A stretch of DNA of 64,000 nt from the human T2T-CHM13v2.0 reference genome, Homo sapiens: the NCBI RefSeq assembly GCF_009914755.1, contig NC_060948.1. One strand, 5' to 3'. Under the pieces are notes generated by a model, which was not told the origin of the DNA, did not search any database, and saw nothing but the letters and a program-made list of their open reading frames with translations. Shown here piece after piece: positions 1 to 12,600 of the stretch (position 1 is its first letter; every line of letters begins with the position of its first letter). The translations under genes were made by a program, and so were the position numbers.

Positions 1-2060
1 AATACTAACCCTAACTTAACTCTAAAACTAACCTTGAAACCTTAACCCAAAGCCAATCTCTTATTTTTATAAGTAATCTTAATGCTAACAATGAAACACT
101 GAAGAAGTGAACCTAACCATAAGCTCAACACATAACCCTAACAATAACACCAATCCTAACTGTAAAATCGTAAATCCTGAACTTTAACACTAAAAGTAAC
201 CTAACTCTAAACCCATCCCTAAAAATAAGCCTAAACCATGTCTCTAAAACTAAAACCTAACCATAATCCTAATCATTTCATAAATTGTAATCATAACCCA
301 TAATCCTAACCATTAACCAAAACCCTAACCCTAAATGCTAAACTAAACCTTAGTCGCTAACTGTAACACTAACACAAACGCTAATCCCTAACACTAATCC
401 TAAACCCTAACACTAACAGAAAACTCAATCCCTAATACCTACCCCAAATCCTAACCCTAACTTCAACACTAACACCAACACCAAATGTATGCCCAACCCT
501 TACCACTATTCCTAAAGCTTTTACCGTTAACCCTACACCTTCATGAACACAACCCCAAATATAAACATAAACCTTACCTTACTCTAAACAGAGATTCCTA
601 AGCCCAAATCCTAACCCTAACTGTAAAACTCACCCTAAAAAATACTCTAAACATTAGCCAAACCATAAACCCTAACTCTAACACTAACACCCAATCCCAA
701 GCCCTACTCTAACCCTAACACTAACCCTAATCCTAATCTTTAGCCAAATGCTTTAGCCAAACACTTTAAAGATCATCCTAACCCTAACTAAACCACAACC
801 AGGTACCCAACGTTAAACTGTAAACCAGCACTAAACCCTAACCCTAAAATTTAACACTAAACCAAACACTTTAATCATAACACTAACACTAAACATAACG
901 CTCACCCTACTTTTAACCCTCATTCTGAATCCTAAACCTAACCTTAATCCAAACCGTAATGCGAACCCTTACACTACCACCTAAACCTAACCCTAATTCT
1001 AACTATAAAATCTGAAATCCCAAAAACACTTAAGATAACTTTAAATGCATCCCATAACTCTGAAACTCAGACTAAACACTAACCCCAATACCCTTATCCT
1101 AACAGTAAAACGAACATAATTCTAACATAATCTTAACCTTGGCACTAAACCCAAAAATAACTCTTACCCTAAACACTGAACCTAATCATAACCTTAACCA
1201 TAGATCATAAACCCTAACCATTAACACTAACCCTAGCCCTAAAACAAAACCTGTAACCATAATTAAACCTAAACCCTAAACCTAAACCTAATCTTAGCCC
1301 CTAACTCTAGAAAAACCATAATACCAACACTAACCATAAATGCTCACCCCTAACCCTAACAATAAACAAAACGCTGACACTAAACTCTAACCCTAGTCCT
1401 AAACTGTAAACCCAAACCTAAGTGTAAACCTAATCATGACCACTAACCTCAACCTCAAAACAGACCCAGCACTCTCATGCTGAACCTAAATACAAAGTCC
1501 TAATCGTATGTCCAACACTAACACTAACATCTAGCCAAAAATGATGAACATTAACCTTAACAATAACCCTGAACCCTAACCCTGAACCCTGAACCCTAAC
1601 TCTGAATATGACCATAAGCCCCATCCTAATGCTAAATATTAACCCAAACACTGAAACCTAACACTAACACTCTAACCCTTACCCTCACACTAACCCTTAA
1701 CACCAACCCTAACCCTGGCCATGATCCTAATTCCTAACCTCTAACTGTAAGCCTGGCTTTTTATGCTAAACCTAAGCATAACCCAACCCCAAACCTAACC
1801 TCTAACCCTGATTATGAACCTTAACCCTGAAGTCAACCCTAACCCTAGCCCATAACCCTAATCTTAACTCTAACTGCAACCGTAATCCTACCACAGCACT
1901 AAATCTTATCTCAAGTCCAGCGTTAACCCTCAGTCTAATACTGAAGTTGTTCTGCAATTGTAAACCATATCCTAATCCTCCGTTTCTATCCTATCCTTAA
2001 GGTTACCCCATTATGCTTAAAAAACTTTAAATACATCCTCTATGACTCTAACCTCTAACC
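1..2060 (+). repeat. Degenerate interstitial telomere-like array, (TAACCC)n on the + strand
   Basis: Dense CCCTAA/CTAACC/CTAAAC/TAACAC variants with near-canonical runs such as 'aaccctgaaccctaaccctgaaccctgaaccctaac' at about 1565-1600. The array fades by about 2060 and runs off the left edge. Confidence 0.92.
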
Positions 2061-2732
2061 CCTTATACCCATAAGAATACAAGCAGTCATACCTCTTTCT
2101 AAGCCCAAGTGAGTATTGAATTAAACATATGATATCACTAGCATAAAAAACTAAATATTACTGAATCTGATAATTATAGACATCATAAAGTTTAACCAAA
2201 TAATAGTACATGGAATTTTTTACACAGCGAAGACATTATAGACCACAATATTTAAGAAATTTTCTCAGAAAATCAAAGAATTTTTACCATTCCAATGCCA
2301 TCCCTTTTCAATATATTATGTAAATCAAATGATGGAACCATGTTTGTCTCGACTTTTACAGAAAGTAAAGACAGCATATTTAACAATTAAAAATCCAATA
2401 AACTGTGGTTCAAATTTTTTTCACGTGCTAAAACGTCTTTATGCAAAACCCATAACAATCATCTAAATTGTTGAGAACCAAGGCTTTAAGATGAGGAACA
2501 CTGCACTGATGCTTAACTATATTAAACCCCTTACTAGAAGTCCCAGTAGGTCAACTATATAGATATACTTATATATGTATATTTACACACACACAACCAT
2601 TCATATGCAAAAGAGAAAAGTAAAACTACTCACAGATCTCATACACAGAAAACCATGAGGAACCATCTAGAAATTATGAAATCTAGTAAACAAATTAAGC
2701 AAAATAACAGGAGAAAATTTCAACAAATGAAA

Positions 2733-3029
2733 TCTTTTTTTTTTCCTTTTTATGGCGTTATGCTGTTGTTGCCCAGGGTGGAATGCAATGGCATGATCTT
2801 GGCTCACCACAACCTCCATTTCCTGGGTTTGAGTGGCTATCCTGCCTCAGCCTCCTGAGTAGCTGCAATTCAGACATGCCGCACCATGCATGGCTAATTT
2901 TGTATTTCTAGTAGAGACTGGATTTCTCCATGTTGGTCAGACTGGTCTCAAAGTCCTGACCTCAGGTGGTGTGCCCGCCTTGGCCTCCTAAAGTGCTGAG
3001 ATTACAGGTGTGACCCACTGCACCCGGCC
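2733..3029 (-). mobile_element. Alu (AluS-type), diverged
   Basis: Poly-T, 'gttgcccagggtggaatgcaatggcatgatcttggctcac', ending 'cactgcacccggcc'. Confidence 0.9.
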
Positions 3030-3119
3030 ACAAAATCTATTTCTATTCACTAGCAATAAACCATGTAAAAATGAAATTAAGACAACAATTTTATTTCTCA
3101 AAAAAACAAGAGGCTGGAA

Positions 3120-4140
3120 TCTTTCCCCCTGCCCTGGAAGCCACAGATGCAGGCAGCTGGGGGAGGGACAGCCTTGGAGTTGAGGCTGTGCTGCTACATT
3201 GGGACCTGGCTGCAGTGGCTATGGGGCTAACAAGAAACTCTTCAAGTTTCTGAGAAATCAAAGTAGAATTACTTTAAAACGTAATGGATGAAGAAGAGAA
3301 AACTTCCAGTGCTTTTGAAAGCCCTAACCCCATGATGTCATATAAATATCTTTTGAGTCATAATTTTTTTATAAAAGAACATGAACAGACATCAGCAATA
3401 ATGAAACCCTTGTTGAGTGGCCCAGGTCAATTTGCTGAGAAGAAAACCATTGAGGTCAGTTTGAGAGACATCCCTTCATAAGTACTGTCAAGAGCATGCA
3501 CATATTTTACCTACACATTTTACTACACCTACAGCTCCACAGGGATTTTTAAATTCCCATTTCATCTGAAACTGCACTAGAATTTCTGACAGCTGTAAAC
3601 TTTCTAGATTGTATGTAAATACAATTGATGTTTTATAAATACAATATATTGATATAATAAAATACATTTTAATCAACTGGAAACTCTTTTCAGTGTTTAA
3701 GACCAGCAGTTGAGTTTGTACTTTTTCACAGGTAGTACATTCACTGTATGAAATGTAACTATAAAATTAATTGCTAAGAAGGTTGTCTTCTGTTTTTTTC
3801 ATAACAGAGTTGAAATTTGTTTGCAATGTCAACAAATTGAGGACATTTTCACAAATGCAGAAATAAACAAATATGGCAATTCATAGGTGGTTTTGCTTTA
3901 TCCTATGGATACAATTTTTAAAATGAAAAACGATCTAGAAAATGCTGAAAACTAGAAATAATAAACATGTACTACAATTAAACAATTTTGCCAAGTGTTT
4001 TTATGTATTTAGTTGCTTGTTAATAAAACTATTTTTATGTTGTGGCTGCCCATAGCATTGATGGAGTTATACAAAAAATTGCATTATAGTTATTTTCATA
4101 CCTTAGCCGAAACATTGATTTACTTTTAATGACCCTAATG
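3120..4140 (+). pseudogene. ELOC: Processed Elongin C (ELOC/TCEB1) pseudogene; CDS relic about 3284-3613 plus UTR-like flanks
   Basis: ORF 3284 MDEEEKT...[23 protein letters not shown] matches ELOC MDGEEKT...[24 protein letters not shown]. Homology continues past the stop to 'aactttctagattgt' (NFLDC). No introns; indels and a premature stop. UTR limits are approximate. Confidence 0.92.
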
Positions 4141-4144
4141 CAAA

Positions 4145-4402
4145 AAGTGTTTTATTAATGCCTATAATCTCAGCACATTGGGAAGTCAAGCAGGCACATC
4201 ACTTCAGCACAGAGGTTTGAGATGAACCCAGGCAACATGGCAAACCATCATCTCTGCACTCACACACCAATAAAATTGTCCAGGTATTGTGGCTGAGGCA
4301 AAGGTAGAAAGATAAAAGGAGCTCAGGATTGAGAGGCTGCAGACTTCAGTTAGCCATGATGGCACCATTGCAGTCCACCCTCGAGAAAAAGTGAGACCCT
4401 GT

Positions 4403-4484
<82 letters not shown>

Positions 4485-4520
4485 AAGGGAGAAAGAGAGA
4501 AGAAAGAAAGAAAAAAGAAT
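4145..4520 (+). mobile_element. Diverged AluJ-like element with (GAAA)n/(GA)n tail
   Basis: 'atgcctataatctcagcacattgggaag...cattgcagtccacc', followed by a purine microsatellite at 4404-4520. Confidence 0.8.
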
Positions 4521-4815
4521 ATGAGTTGAAAATTTTTAAGTGCTTTTATAAACTTCAATGTTGTATAAATATGTCTTGTCTTGTCATTTTTGTATTGTTA
4601 CAATTTAAGAAGTTTATTTAAAGACAATTTTGGAATGTTACCAAGTCCAAATTTTAATAAGTAATTGAACTTTACCCAGATCGTCAACAAGTCAATTATA
4701 CAACTTAGAGTTCTTGTGCGTTATGTCTTCTGGGCAATTCAAAGTACTGTGTTTTCGTTGATTATGAAGCAATTCATCCTTTTCAACTTTCAAAACAGAA
4801 AGCAAAAAAACAACA

Positions 4816-4980
4816 GGCTGAGTGTGGTGGCTTATACCTCTAATTCCAGTATTTTGGGAGGCCAAGGTGGGAGAATTGTCAAGTCAAGGTATTTGAAGCT
4901 GCAGTGAGCTATGATTGCACAAGCATATTCCCACCTGGGCAAAAGAATAAGGCCCTATCGCAAAAAGCAACAACAAAAAA
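4816..4980 (+). mobile_element. Alu monomer or internally deleted Alu
   Basis: 'ggctgagtgtggtggcttatacctctaattccag...tgcagtgagctatgattgcac'. Confidence 0.75.
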
Positions 4981-4999
4981 TCGATGACTATAATGTGTT

Positions 5000-5890
5000 C
5001 AAGACTATATTTAACCAAGGTGCAAGAATTAGACATGAAAAATTATGAAATACTGCTGAAATAAATTCCAGAAACATTAAATAAATATAAAGACACTCAA
5101 TGTTTCTGGACTAGAAGATGATTTTTATGTGACAATACTGCACAAAGCAATCTACAAATTCATTATAATTCCTATGAAAATACCAAAGTCCTTTTGGTAG
5201 AAATGAGCAAGCCAGTTCTAACACTCACATAAACTTCAAGGAATCCTGAATAGCCAAAATATTCTTAAGAACAGAAAGCAACTTGGAGGCTCGTATTTCT
5301 CAATTTCAAATATTACGGCTAAGCAGCAGTCATCATAACAGCATAATACTGGCATAAGGACATACTCAGAGTTCAATGGAACTGAATGTTAAATCCAACA
5401 ATACCTCTATGGTCAATGGATTTTTGACATGTAGGCAAGATCAGTAAATACAACAAATGCTGTTATTCAACTGACTACCACACTCAGACAAAGAAACTGT
5501 ACTCTTTTCTCACAACAGAAAATTAACTCAAAATGGTTCAAAGCCTACATAGTAGAGGGAAAAACATAAACTCTAGAAGAAAACATAAGAATAAATCTTC
5601 ATAACCTTGGATTTAGCAGTGGTTTCTTAGATCTGATATCAAAAGTGCAGAAAACTAAAGAAAACATTTTCTCAAAATTAAACATTTTTGTGCATCAAAA
5701 GTCACTATCAAGAAAATGAAAAGACGTGTTACAGAAAGGAAGGTTTCCATGTTACGTATGTAAAAACAGTCTGTTATCCACAATATATGAAGAACTTGCA
5801 TAACTCAGCAACAACAACAATAAAAAAAATCCAGTTACAAAATGGAGAAATACAATTCACCAGAAAGACATGTATATCAAGCACATAAAA
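5000..5890 (+). mobile_element. Old L1 (L1M-type) ORF2 fragment
   Basis: L1 ORF2-like motifs 'aaagcaatctacaaattca', 'aattaactcaaaatgg', 'aaatcttcataaccttggattt'. Confidence 0.75.
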
Positions 5891-7394
5891 ATATGAACAG
5901 TAAAATATATAAGTTTTATTCCATGAAGTGTTTCATACTTTCGCTTTTCTCATAGTCATGAGGTTCTTTGTGGTAAAATTAGTCCTGTCCAGGTCCACCT
6001 GAAGAACAGCTAAGGTAACAATACTGCTGGGGAGCATTTTTTCCTTAGAAGAGAAAATAAAATATCTGGCAGGAAATAATGTTTTGAAATTAAAACTTTC
6101 ATGCTGGACTAAAGTTTCCAATAAAGGTGACAGTTTGTCCCTCAGCCTTCATGGGCCCAAAATTTATCATGCAGCAGGAAGTAAGAAGGGAAGTTATTAA
6201 GTTAACGGGGTACATGGATACACAAATGCCCCATTTCCATACCAAAACTGTGACATAATTACATACCCTCACAGTATTTCAATATTTAAATATTAATAAT
6301 TCATCTATGTAAATAACTAAGCTTACTTTATTTACTTCACACTGTACAGTTAAGGAGGTTTACAAATATTTATATAAATTGTCATGATGTGTGCTAGGAC
6401 TTTTTTTTCTGTTAAATGTACTGACAGACTACATAAAATGTAAGTATTTAAACCTAACATAACTTGGAGCTAATAACACACAGTTAAGGAAGATAACACG
6501 GTAATAGTCTGTCCAATAAATTCTAATGTAATTTCAATATTTACTTGTGTTATTTGTCTTCAGCACTAAGATTTTTTCTTTACTAATTATCCCAAACATG
6601 GACTTTCATTTCATTAACTATTATTTCCTTGATTTATAAGTTGAGAGTGATCTCATCCATTAACAAATAATGAACTTCTTTTTATCTTTAGAAACAGTGC
6701 ATTATTAGCTTTTCTACAGTTAGATATCAGAACCTCTGACTTTAAAGTCTTAGCTGGACAAAGCCTTGGACAATTAGATAATGGTGGGCACTGGGTGAAT
6801 AGATTGAGAGATTGCACATAAAATTCCTGAGACACCCAAAATCCTGTGTTCCCACAGTTGAAAGCAGACGAGACTCCAGGCAGTTGAGCAGGCTGAATGG
6901 GTAAGAGAAACAGTTAGGAGAACTTGGGGTCTGCAGCCATGGTGCATTCTATGGTTCTTCTTCTAAGGTCAGTGGGAAACCATGGGCAAAATTAAATCAG
7001 GAGGGTGACAGGATGAAATTTGTAATTGTAAATGAATATTTTGTCATTACCATTACCATTACTAACCCTGTATTTCCTGATTTAATAGTTATGTGATGGT
7101 ATCCTTGGAGAGTGTCCTCACTTTTCATAAAACCCCTGGGATATTTTGCATAAAGGTTCAAATCTGGCACAGCAGAAACCACTGGAGATTCTGAGAGAAA
7201 AGATTATACTAACAGCTATTGGAAGTTTCCTAGAAGTATAAAATTATTGAGAAGTAAACTACTTTTAATAAAAACAACCATGTCCATACCTTGTCACTAC
7301 TGCAGAGACAACAACATTAAACTTCATTATAGAGGCCAAATCCTCCCCAAATCCAGCTTAGTGGAAGCCGTGAAACCAAGTGCCCCCATAAGAG

Positions 7395-8265
7395 TAGGAA
7401 TGTTATGTCAGTATTACTGGTGTTACATCTTTATGATGAGTGTTATATCAGTAACTGTGGGTGTTACATCAGTATTCTGGTTGTTCTATTTGTATTACAA
7501 ATGTTGTATTATTATTATGGGTGTTAATATTACAGGTGTCACTTCAGTGTTTCAGGTATATTTGTACCTCAGTATGATATATTGGAATTCTGAATGGTGT
7601 ATTGGTATTATTAGTGTTACAGTTGTATTACAGGTGTCAGGACAGCATTACAAGCGTTATATAAGCATTATGGATGTTTCATTTGTACTGTGGATTGCAT
7701 ATTGGTGTTATGAGAGTTACAATTGTATTATGGGTCTTAGATCAGTATTACAGATGTTATATTTGTATTTCGGATGCTATACTGGTATTATGAGTGTTTT
7801 ATTGCTGTTATGAATGTCACAGTGTCATTATGGGTGTTGTTAATATTATAGGTGTCACTTCAGTATTTCAGTTGTTATATTTGTACCGCAGGATGATATA
7901 TTGGAATTCTGAATGGTGTATTGGTATTATTAGTGTTACAGTTGTATTACAGGTGTCAGGAAAGCATTACAAGGGTTATATAAGTGTTATGGATGTTTCA
8001 TTTGTATTGTGGATTGCATATTGGTGTTATGAGAGTTACAATTGTATTATGGCTCTTAGATCAGTATTAGGGATGTCATATTTGTATTTCGGATGCTATA
8101 CTGGTATTATGAGTGTTTTATTGCTGTTATGAATGTTACAGTGTTATCACGGGTGTTAGATCAGTATTTCAGGTGTTACATTAGTATTACAAATGTCACA
8201 TCTGTATTATGGGTGATATAATTATTTACAGATGTTATATTTCTATTACAGATGTTATATGACAG
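7395..8265 (+). repeat. Degenerate ~20-bp minisatellite (consensus about GGTGTTATATCAGTATTATG) with a 319-bp tandem duplication
   Basis: 20-nt periodicity is visible at 8090-8260. 'ttggaattct' occurs at 7582 and 7901, and the two related ORFs end at 7813 and 8132 (offset 319). Confidence 0.85.
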
Positions 8266-8399
8266 ATGATACATTTGTGTCAGGAGGCCACTGTATGGAC
8301 CTGGCATTGTGGCCACACCTTGGGTGTGGGGAAGGACGTTGGGTTGCATTAAAGCCATTTGATTTTTATTGTTTAATTTTCCACACGAAGCCCTTCCAC

Positions 8400-8640
8400 T
8401 GGTCCCTGATTTCAGCAGTCAGCCTCCAGCTGTCCCTCAGCAAGGCGGTGTTGCTCTGGTCTGTACTGAGGAGAAGGCAGCTGTAGCCCTCGGGCAACAC
8501 GAGCTGAACCCGATGGTGCTCCCAGGGTCAGAAAAGGCGGACTCATGCTCCCCCTGCTGGCAGCCAGAAGAACTGCAAGACCCCCATGGTCAAGGTGAGG
8601 CAGCCGTGCGCCCCCTTCTGGCTGAACTGCGGCACCAAAT
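8400..8640 (+). repeat. TAR1-like (telomere-associated repeat) fragment with two CTCF-like motifs 61 bp apart
   Basis: 'tgctccccctgctggcag' at 8546 and 'tgcgcccccttctggct' at 8607 resemble the subtelomeric 61-bp repeat core 'gcgccccctgctggc'. The patch is GC-rich within AT-rich surroundings. Confidence 0.65.
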
Positions 8641-8721
8641 AAAAGCAGAGTTCAGATTGTTCAGTGCCATCATTTTGGAAATTCAAACGGAAATGTTGCC
8701 TATTATCCTGTTTCGTAAATT

Positions 8722-9530
8722 ATTATTTATTTTAGGTTCAGGGGTACATGTGAAACTTTGTTATGTAGGTAAACTCGTGTCATGGGGCATTGTTGTACAG
8801 ATTATTTCATCACCCAGGTATTAAGTCTAGTAATTAATAGCTATTTTTCCTGCTGCTCTCTCTTTTCCCACCTTCCACCCTCAAGTAGGTCTCATGTCTA
8901 TGGTTCCCTTCTTTGTGTTCATGAGTTGTCATCAGTTAGCTCCCACTTCTAGTGAAAACATGTGGTATTTGGTTTACTTTTCCTACATTAGTTTGCTAAA
9001 GATAATATCCTCCAGCTCCATCCATGTTCCCTCAAAAGGCATAATTGTATTTTTTTTAATCTCTGCATAGTATTCCCTGTGGGCATGTACCACATTTTCT
9101 TTAATTCAATCTGTCATTAATGGGTAGTTAGGTTAATTCCATGTCTTCTGTTGTGAATAGTCCGCAGTGAACATTTGCATTCGTGTGTCTGTGTGGTAGA
9201 GTGATTTATATTCCTCTGGGTATGTATCCAGTAATGGGATGGCTGGGTTGAACAGTAGTTCTGCTTTCCAGTCTTTGAGGAATTGCCCTACTGCTTTGCA
9301 CAACAGTTGAACTAATTTACATTCCTACCAACAGTGCATAATTATTCCTTGGTCTCTATAACCTCACCTGCATATATTATTATTTTACTTTATGATAATA
9401 ACCATTCTGACAGATAGGAGATGATATCTCATTGCTCTTTTGATTCGTGTTTCTTTAATAATCAATAATATTGAGCTTTTTAAAATAAGTTTTTTGGCTG
9501 CCTGTATGTCTTTTGAAAAGCGTCTGTTCA
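8722..9530 (-). mobile_element. 3' end of an older L1PA (L1PA13-16-like)
   Basis: 'ttttaggttcaggggtacatgtg...catcacccaggta' is the reverse-strand 3' UTR, continuing into the ORF2 C-terminus. Confidence 0.85.
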
Positions 9531-9606
9531 CACTTCTCAAAAGAAGACATTTATGCAGCCAACAGACATATGAAAAAATGCTCATCATCACTGGTCATTA
9601 GAGAAA
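9531..9606 (+). mobile_element. Short inverted L1PA ORF2 segment
   Basis: 'cacttctcaaaagaagacatttatgcagccaacagacatatgaaaaaatgctcatcatcactggtcattagagaaa' is sense-strand L1 sitting between two antisense L1s. Confidence 0.85.
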
Positions 9607-9610
9607 AGCG

Positions 9611-12600
9611 CCCATCAACCCATCATCTACATTAGATATTTTTCCTAATGTTATCTCTACACTATCCCACCACCCACCACCATGTTATGTTTTCCTCTCT
9701 GTGTCCATGGGTTCCCATTGTTCAACTCTCATGTAAAAATGAGAACCTGTGGTGTTTGGTTTTCTATTTTTCTGATAGTTTGCTGAGAATGATGGTTTCC
9801 AGCTTCATTCATGTCGCTGCAAAAGACATGAACTCATCCATTTTTGTGGCTGCATACTGTTCCATGGTGTATATGTGCCAGCTTTTCTTTATCCAGTCTA
9901 TCATTGATGCACATTTGGGTTGGTTCTAAGTCTTCACTACTGTGAATAGTGCTGTGATAAACATACATATGCATGTGTCTTTATAGTAGAATGATTTATA
10001 GTCCTTCGGTTATATGCCCAGTAATCAGATTGCTGGGTCAAATGGTAATTCTAGTTCTAGATCCTTGAAGAATCACCACACTGTCTTCCACAAGGGTTAA
10101 ATAATTAACACGCCCACCAACACTGTAAAAGCCTTCGTATTTCTCCACATCCTCTCCAGCATCTGCTGTTTTCTGACTTTTTAATGATCGCCATTCTAAC
10201 TGGAGTGAGATGGTATCTCACTGTGGTTTTGATTTGTATTTCTCAAATAATGAGTGATGATAAGCATTTTTTCATATGTTTGTTGGCTGCATCAAAGTCT
10301 TCTTTTGAGAAGTGTCTGTTCATATCCTTTGCCCACTGTTTGATGAGGTTGTTTGGTTTCTTCTTGTAAACTTGTTTAAGTTCCCTGTAGATTCAGGATG
10401 TTAGTCTTGTTTCAGATAGATAGATTGCAAGATTTTTCACCCATTCTGTAGGTTGTCTGTTCACACTGAGGATAATTTATTTTGCTGTGCTGAAGCTCTT
10501 TAGTTTAATTAGATCCCATTTGTCAATTTTGGCTTTTATACCATTGCTTTTGGTGTTTTGGTTTTGCACATGCTTATGTCCTGAATGGTATTGCCTGCGT
10601 TTGCTTCTAGGAATTTTATGGTTTTAATTCTTACGTGTAAGTCGTTAATCCGCCTTCAGTTGACTTTTGCATAAGGTGAAAGGATGGGGTCCAGTTTCTG
10701 TTATCTGCATATGGCTAGCCAGTTTTCCCAATACCATTTATTAAAGGGAAAATCTTTTCCCCATTGCCTGCTTGTTTCAAGATTGTCAAATATCACATGG
10801 TAGTAGATGTCACATGGTAGTAGATGTGTGGTATTATTTCTGAGGCCACTGTTCTGTTCTATTGGTCTATATATCTGTTTCGGTACAAGTACCATGCTGT
10901 TTTGCTTACTGTGGCCTTGTAATGTAGTTTGAAGTCAGGTAGCGTGATGCCTCCAGATTCATTCTTTTTGCTTAAGATTGTCTTGTCTATGCAGGCTCTT
11001 TTTTGGTTTCATTTGAACTTCAAAGTAGCTTTCTTTTTCCAATTATGTGAAGAAAATTAATGATAGCTTGATGATGATAGCATTGAATCTATAAATTACT
11101 TTGGGCAGTATGGCCATTTTTCCAATATTGATTCTTCTATCCATGAGCATGGAAGCTTTTTATTTTTCATCTCTTTTTATCTCTCTTATTTCCTTCAGCT
11201 GTGGTTTGAAGTTCTCCTTGAATAGGTTCTTCACATCCCTTGTTAGTTGTATTCCGAGGTATTTTATTCTCTTAGTAGCAATTGTGAATGGGAGTTTACT
11301 CATGATTTGTCTTTCTGTTCTCTCTTATTGTGTGTAGGAAAGCTTGTGATTTTTGCACATTGATTTTGAATCCTGAGGCTTAGCTGAAGTTGCTTACCAG
11401 CTTAAGGAGATTTTATGCTGAGATGATGGGTTTTCTAAGTGTACAATCATGTCATCTGCAAACAGAGACAATTTGACTTCCTCGCTTGTGATTTGAATGT
11501 CCCTTATTTCTTTTTCTTCCCTGATTACCCTGGCCAGAAGCTTCAAATACTAGGTTGAATAAGAGTGGAGAGAGAGTGCATCCTTGTCTTGTACCAGTTT
11601 TCAAAGGGAATTCTTCCAGTTTTTGCCCATCAGTATATTGGCAGTGGGTTTGGCATAAGTAGCTCTTATTGTTTTGAGATATATTCTGTACATTTCTACT
11701 TTATTGAGAGTTTTTATCATAAAGCGGTGTTGAATTTTGATGAATGCCTTTTCTGCATCTATTGACATAATCATGTGGTTTTTGTCACTGGTTCTGTTTA
11801 TTTGGTGCATTAGGTTTATTGATTTGCATATGTTGAACCATCTTTGCATTTCAGGGATAAAGCTGACATGATCGTGGTGGATAAGCTTTATGATGTGCTG
11901 CTGGATTGAGTTTGCCAGTATTTTATTGAGGATTTTCACATCAATGTTCATCAGGGATACTGGCCTGAAATTTTCTTTTTTTGGTGTGTCTCTGCCAGGT
12001 TTTATTATCAGGATGATGCTGGCCTCATAACATGATTTATGAAGGATTTCCTCTTTTTGCATTTTTTGTAATAATATCAGAAGGAAGGGTATGAGTGCCT
12101 CTTGTTATGTCTGATAAAATTTGGCTATGAATCTGTCTGGTCCTGAATTTTCTTTCTTGGTAGGCTATCAGTTACTGCCTCAATTTCAGAATTGTTAATA
12201 GACTATTCATGGATTTAACTTCTTCCTGGCTTAAACTTGGGAGGGTGTATGTGTCCAGGAATTTATCCATTTCTTTTAGATTTTCTAGTGTATTTGCATA
12301 GAGGTGTTCAGAGTATTATCTGATGATCAGCAATGATATTCCCTATGTCATTTTTTATTGCATCTATGTGATTTTTCTCTCTTTTCTTCTTTGTTAGTCT
12401 GGCTAGTGGTCTATCTATATTGTTGATCTTTTCAAAAAACCAGCTTACGGATTTATTGATTTTTGAAAGGTTTTTGTGTCTCTGTCTTCTTCAGTTCTGC
12501 TCTGATCATAGTTATTTTATGTCTTCTGCTAGGTTTTGTATTCGTTTGCTCTCACTAAACTAGTTCTTTTAATTTTGATGTTAGGGTGTCAATTTTAGAT

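Noticed and set aside
7247-8132. 188-aa and 112-aa hydrophobic ORFs resembling duplicated membrane proteins
   Set aside because: They are translations of the T/G-rich 20-bp minisatellite, and their similarity comes from the 319-bp DNA duplication.
7395-8265. CRISPR-like array
   Set aside because: Contiguous degenerate tandem units with no unique spacers, no cas genes, and a primate context.
8369-8824. 151-aa ORF
   Set aside because: It crosses the TAR1-like patch into an antisense L1 3' end and has no recognisable homology.
11601-12062. Reverse-transcriptase ORF as an active retroelement or novel RT system
   Set aside because: It is a fragment of a decayed L1 ORF2 with flanking stops and frameshifts, and ORF1 is deleted.
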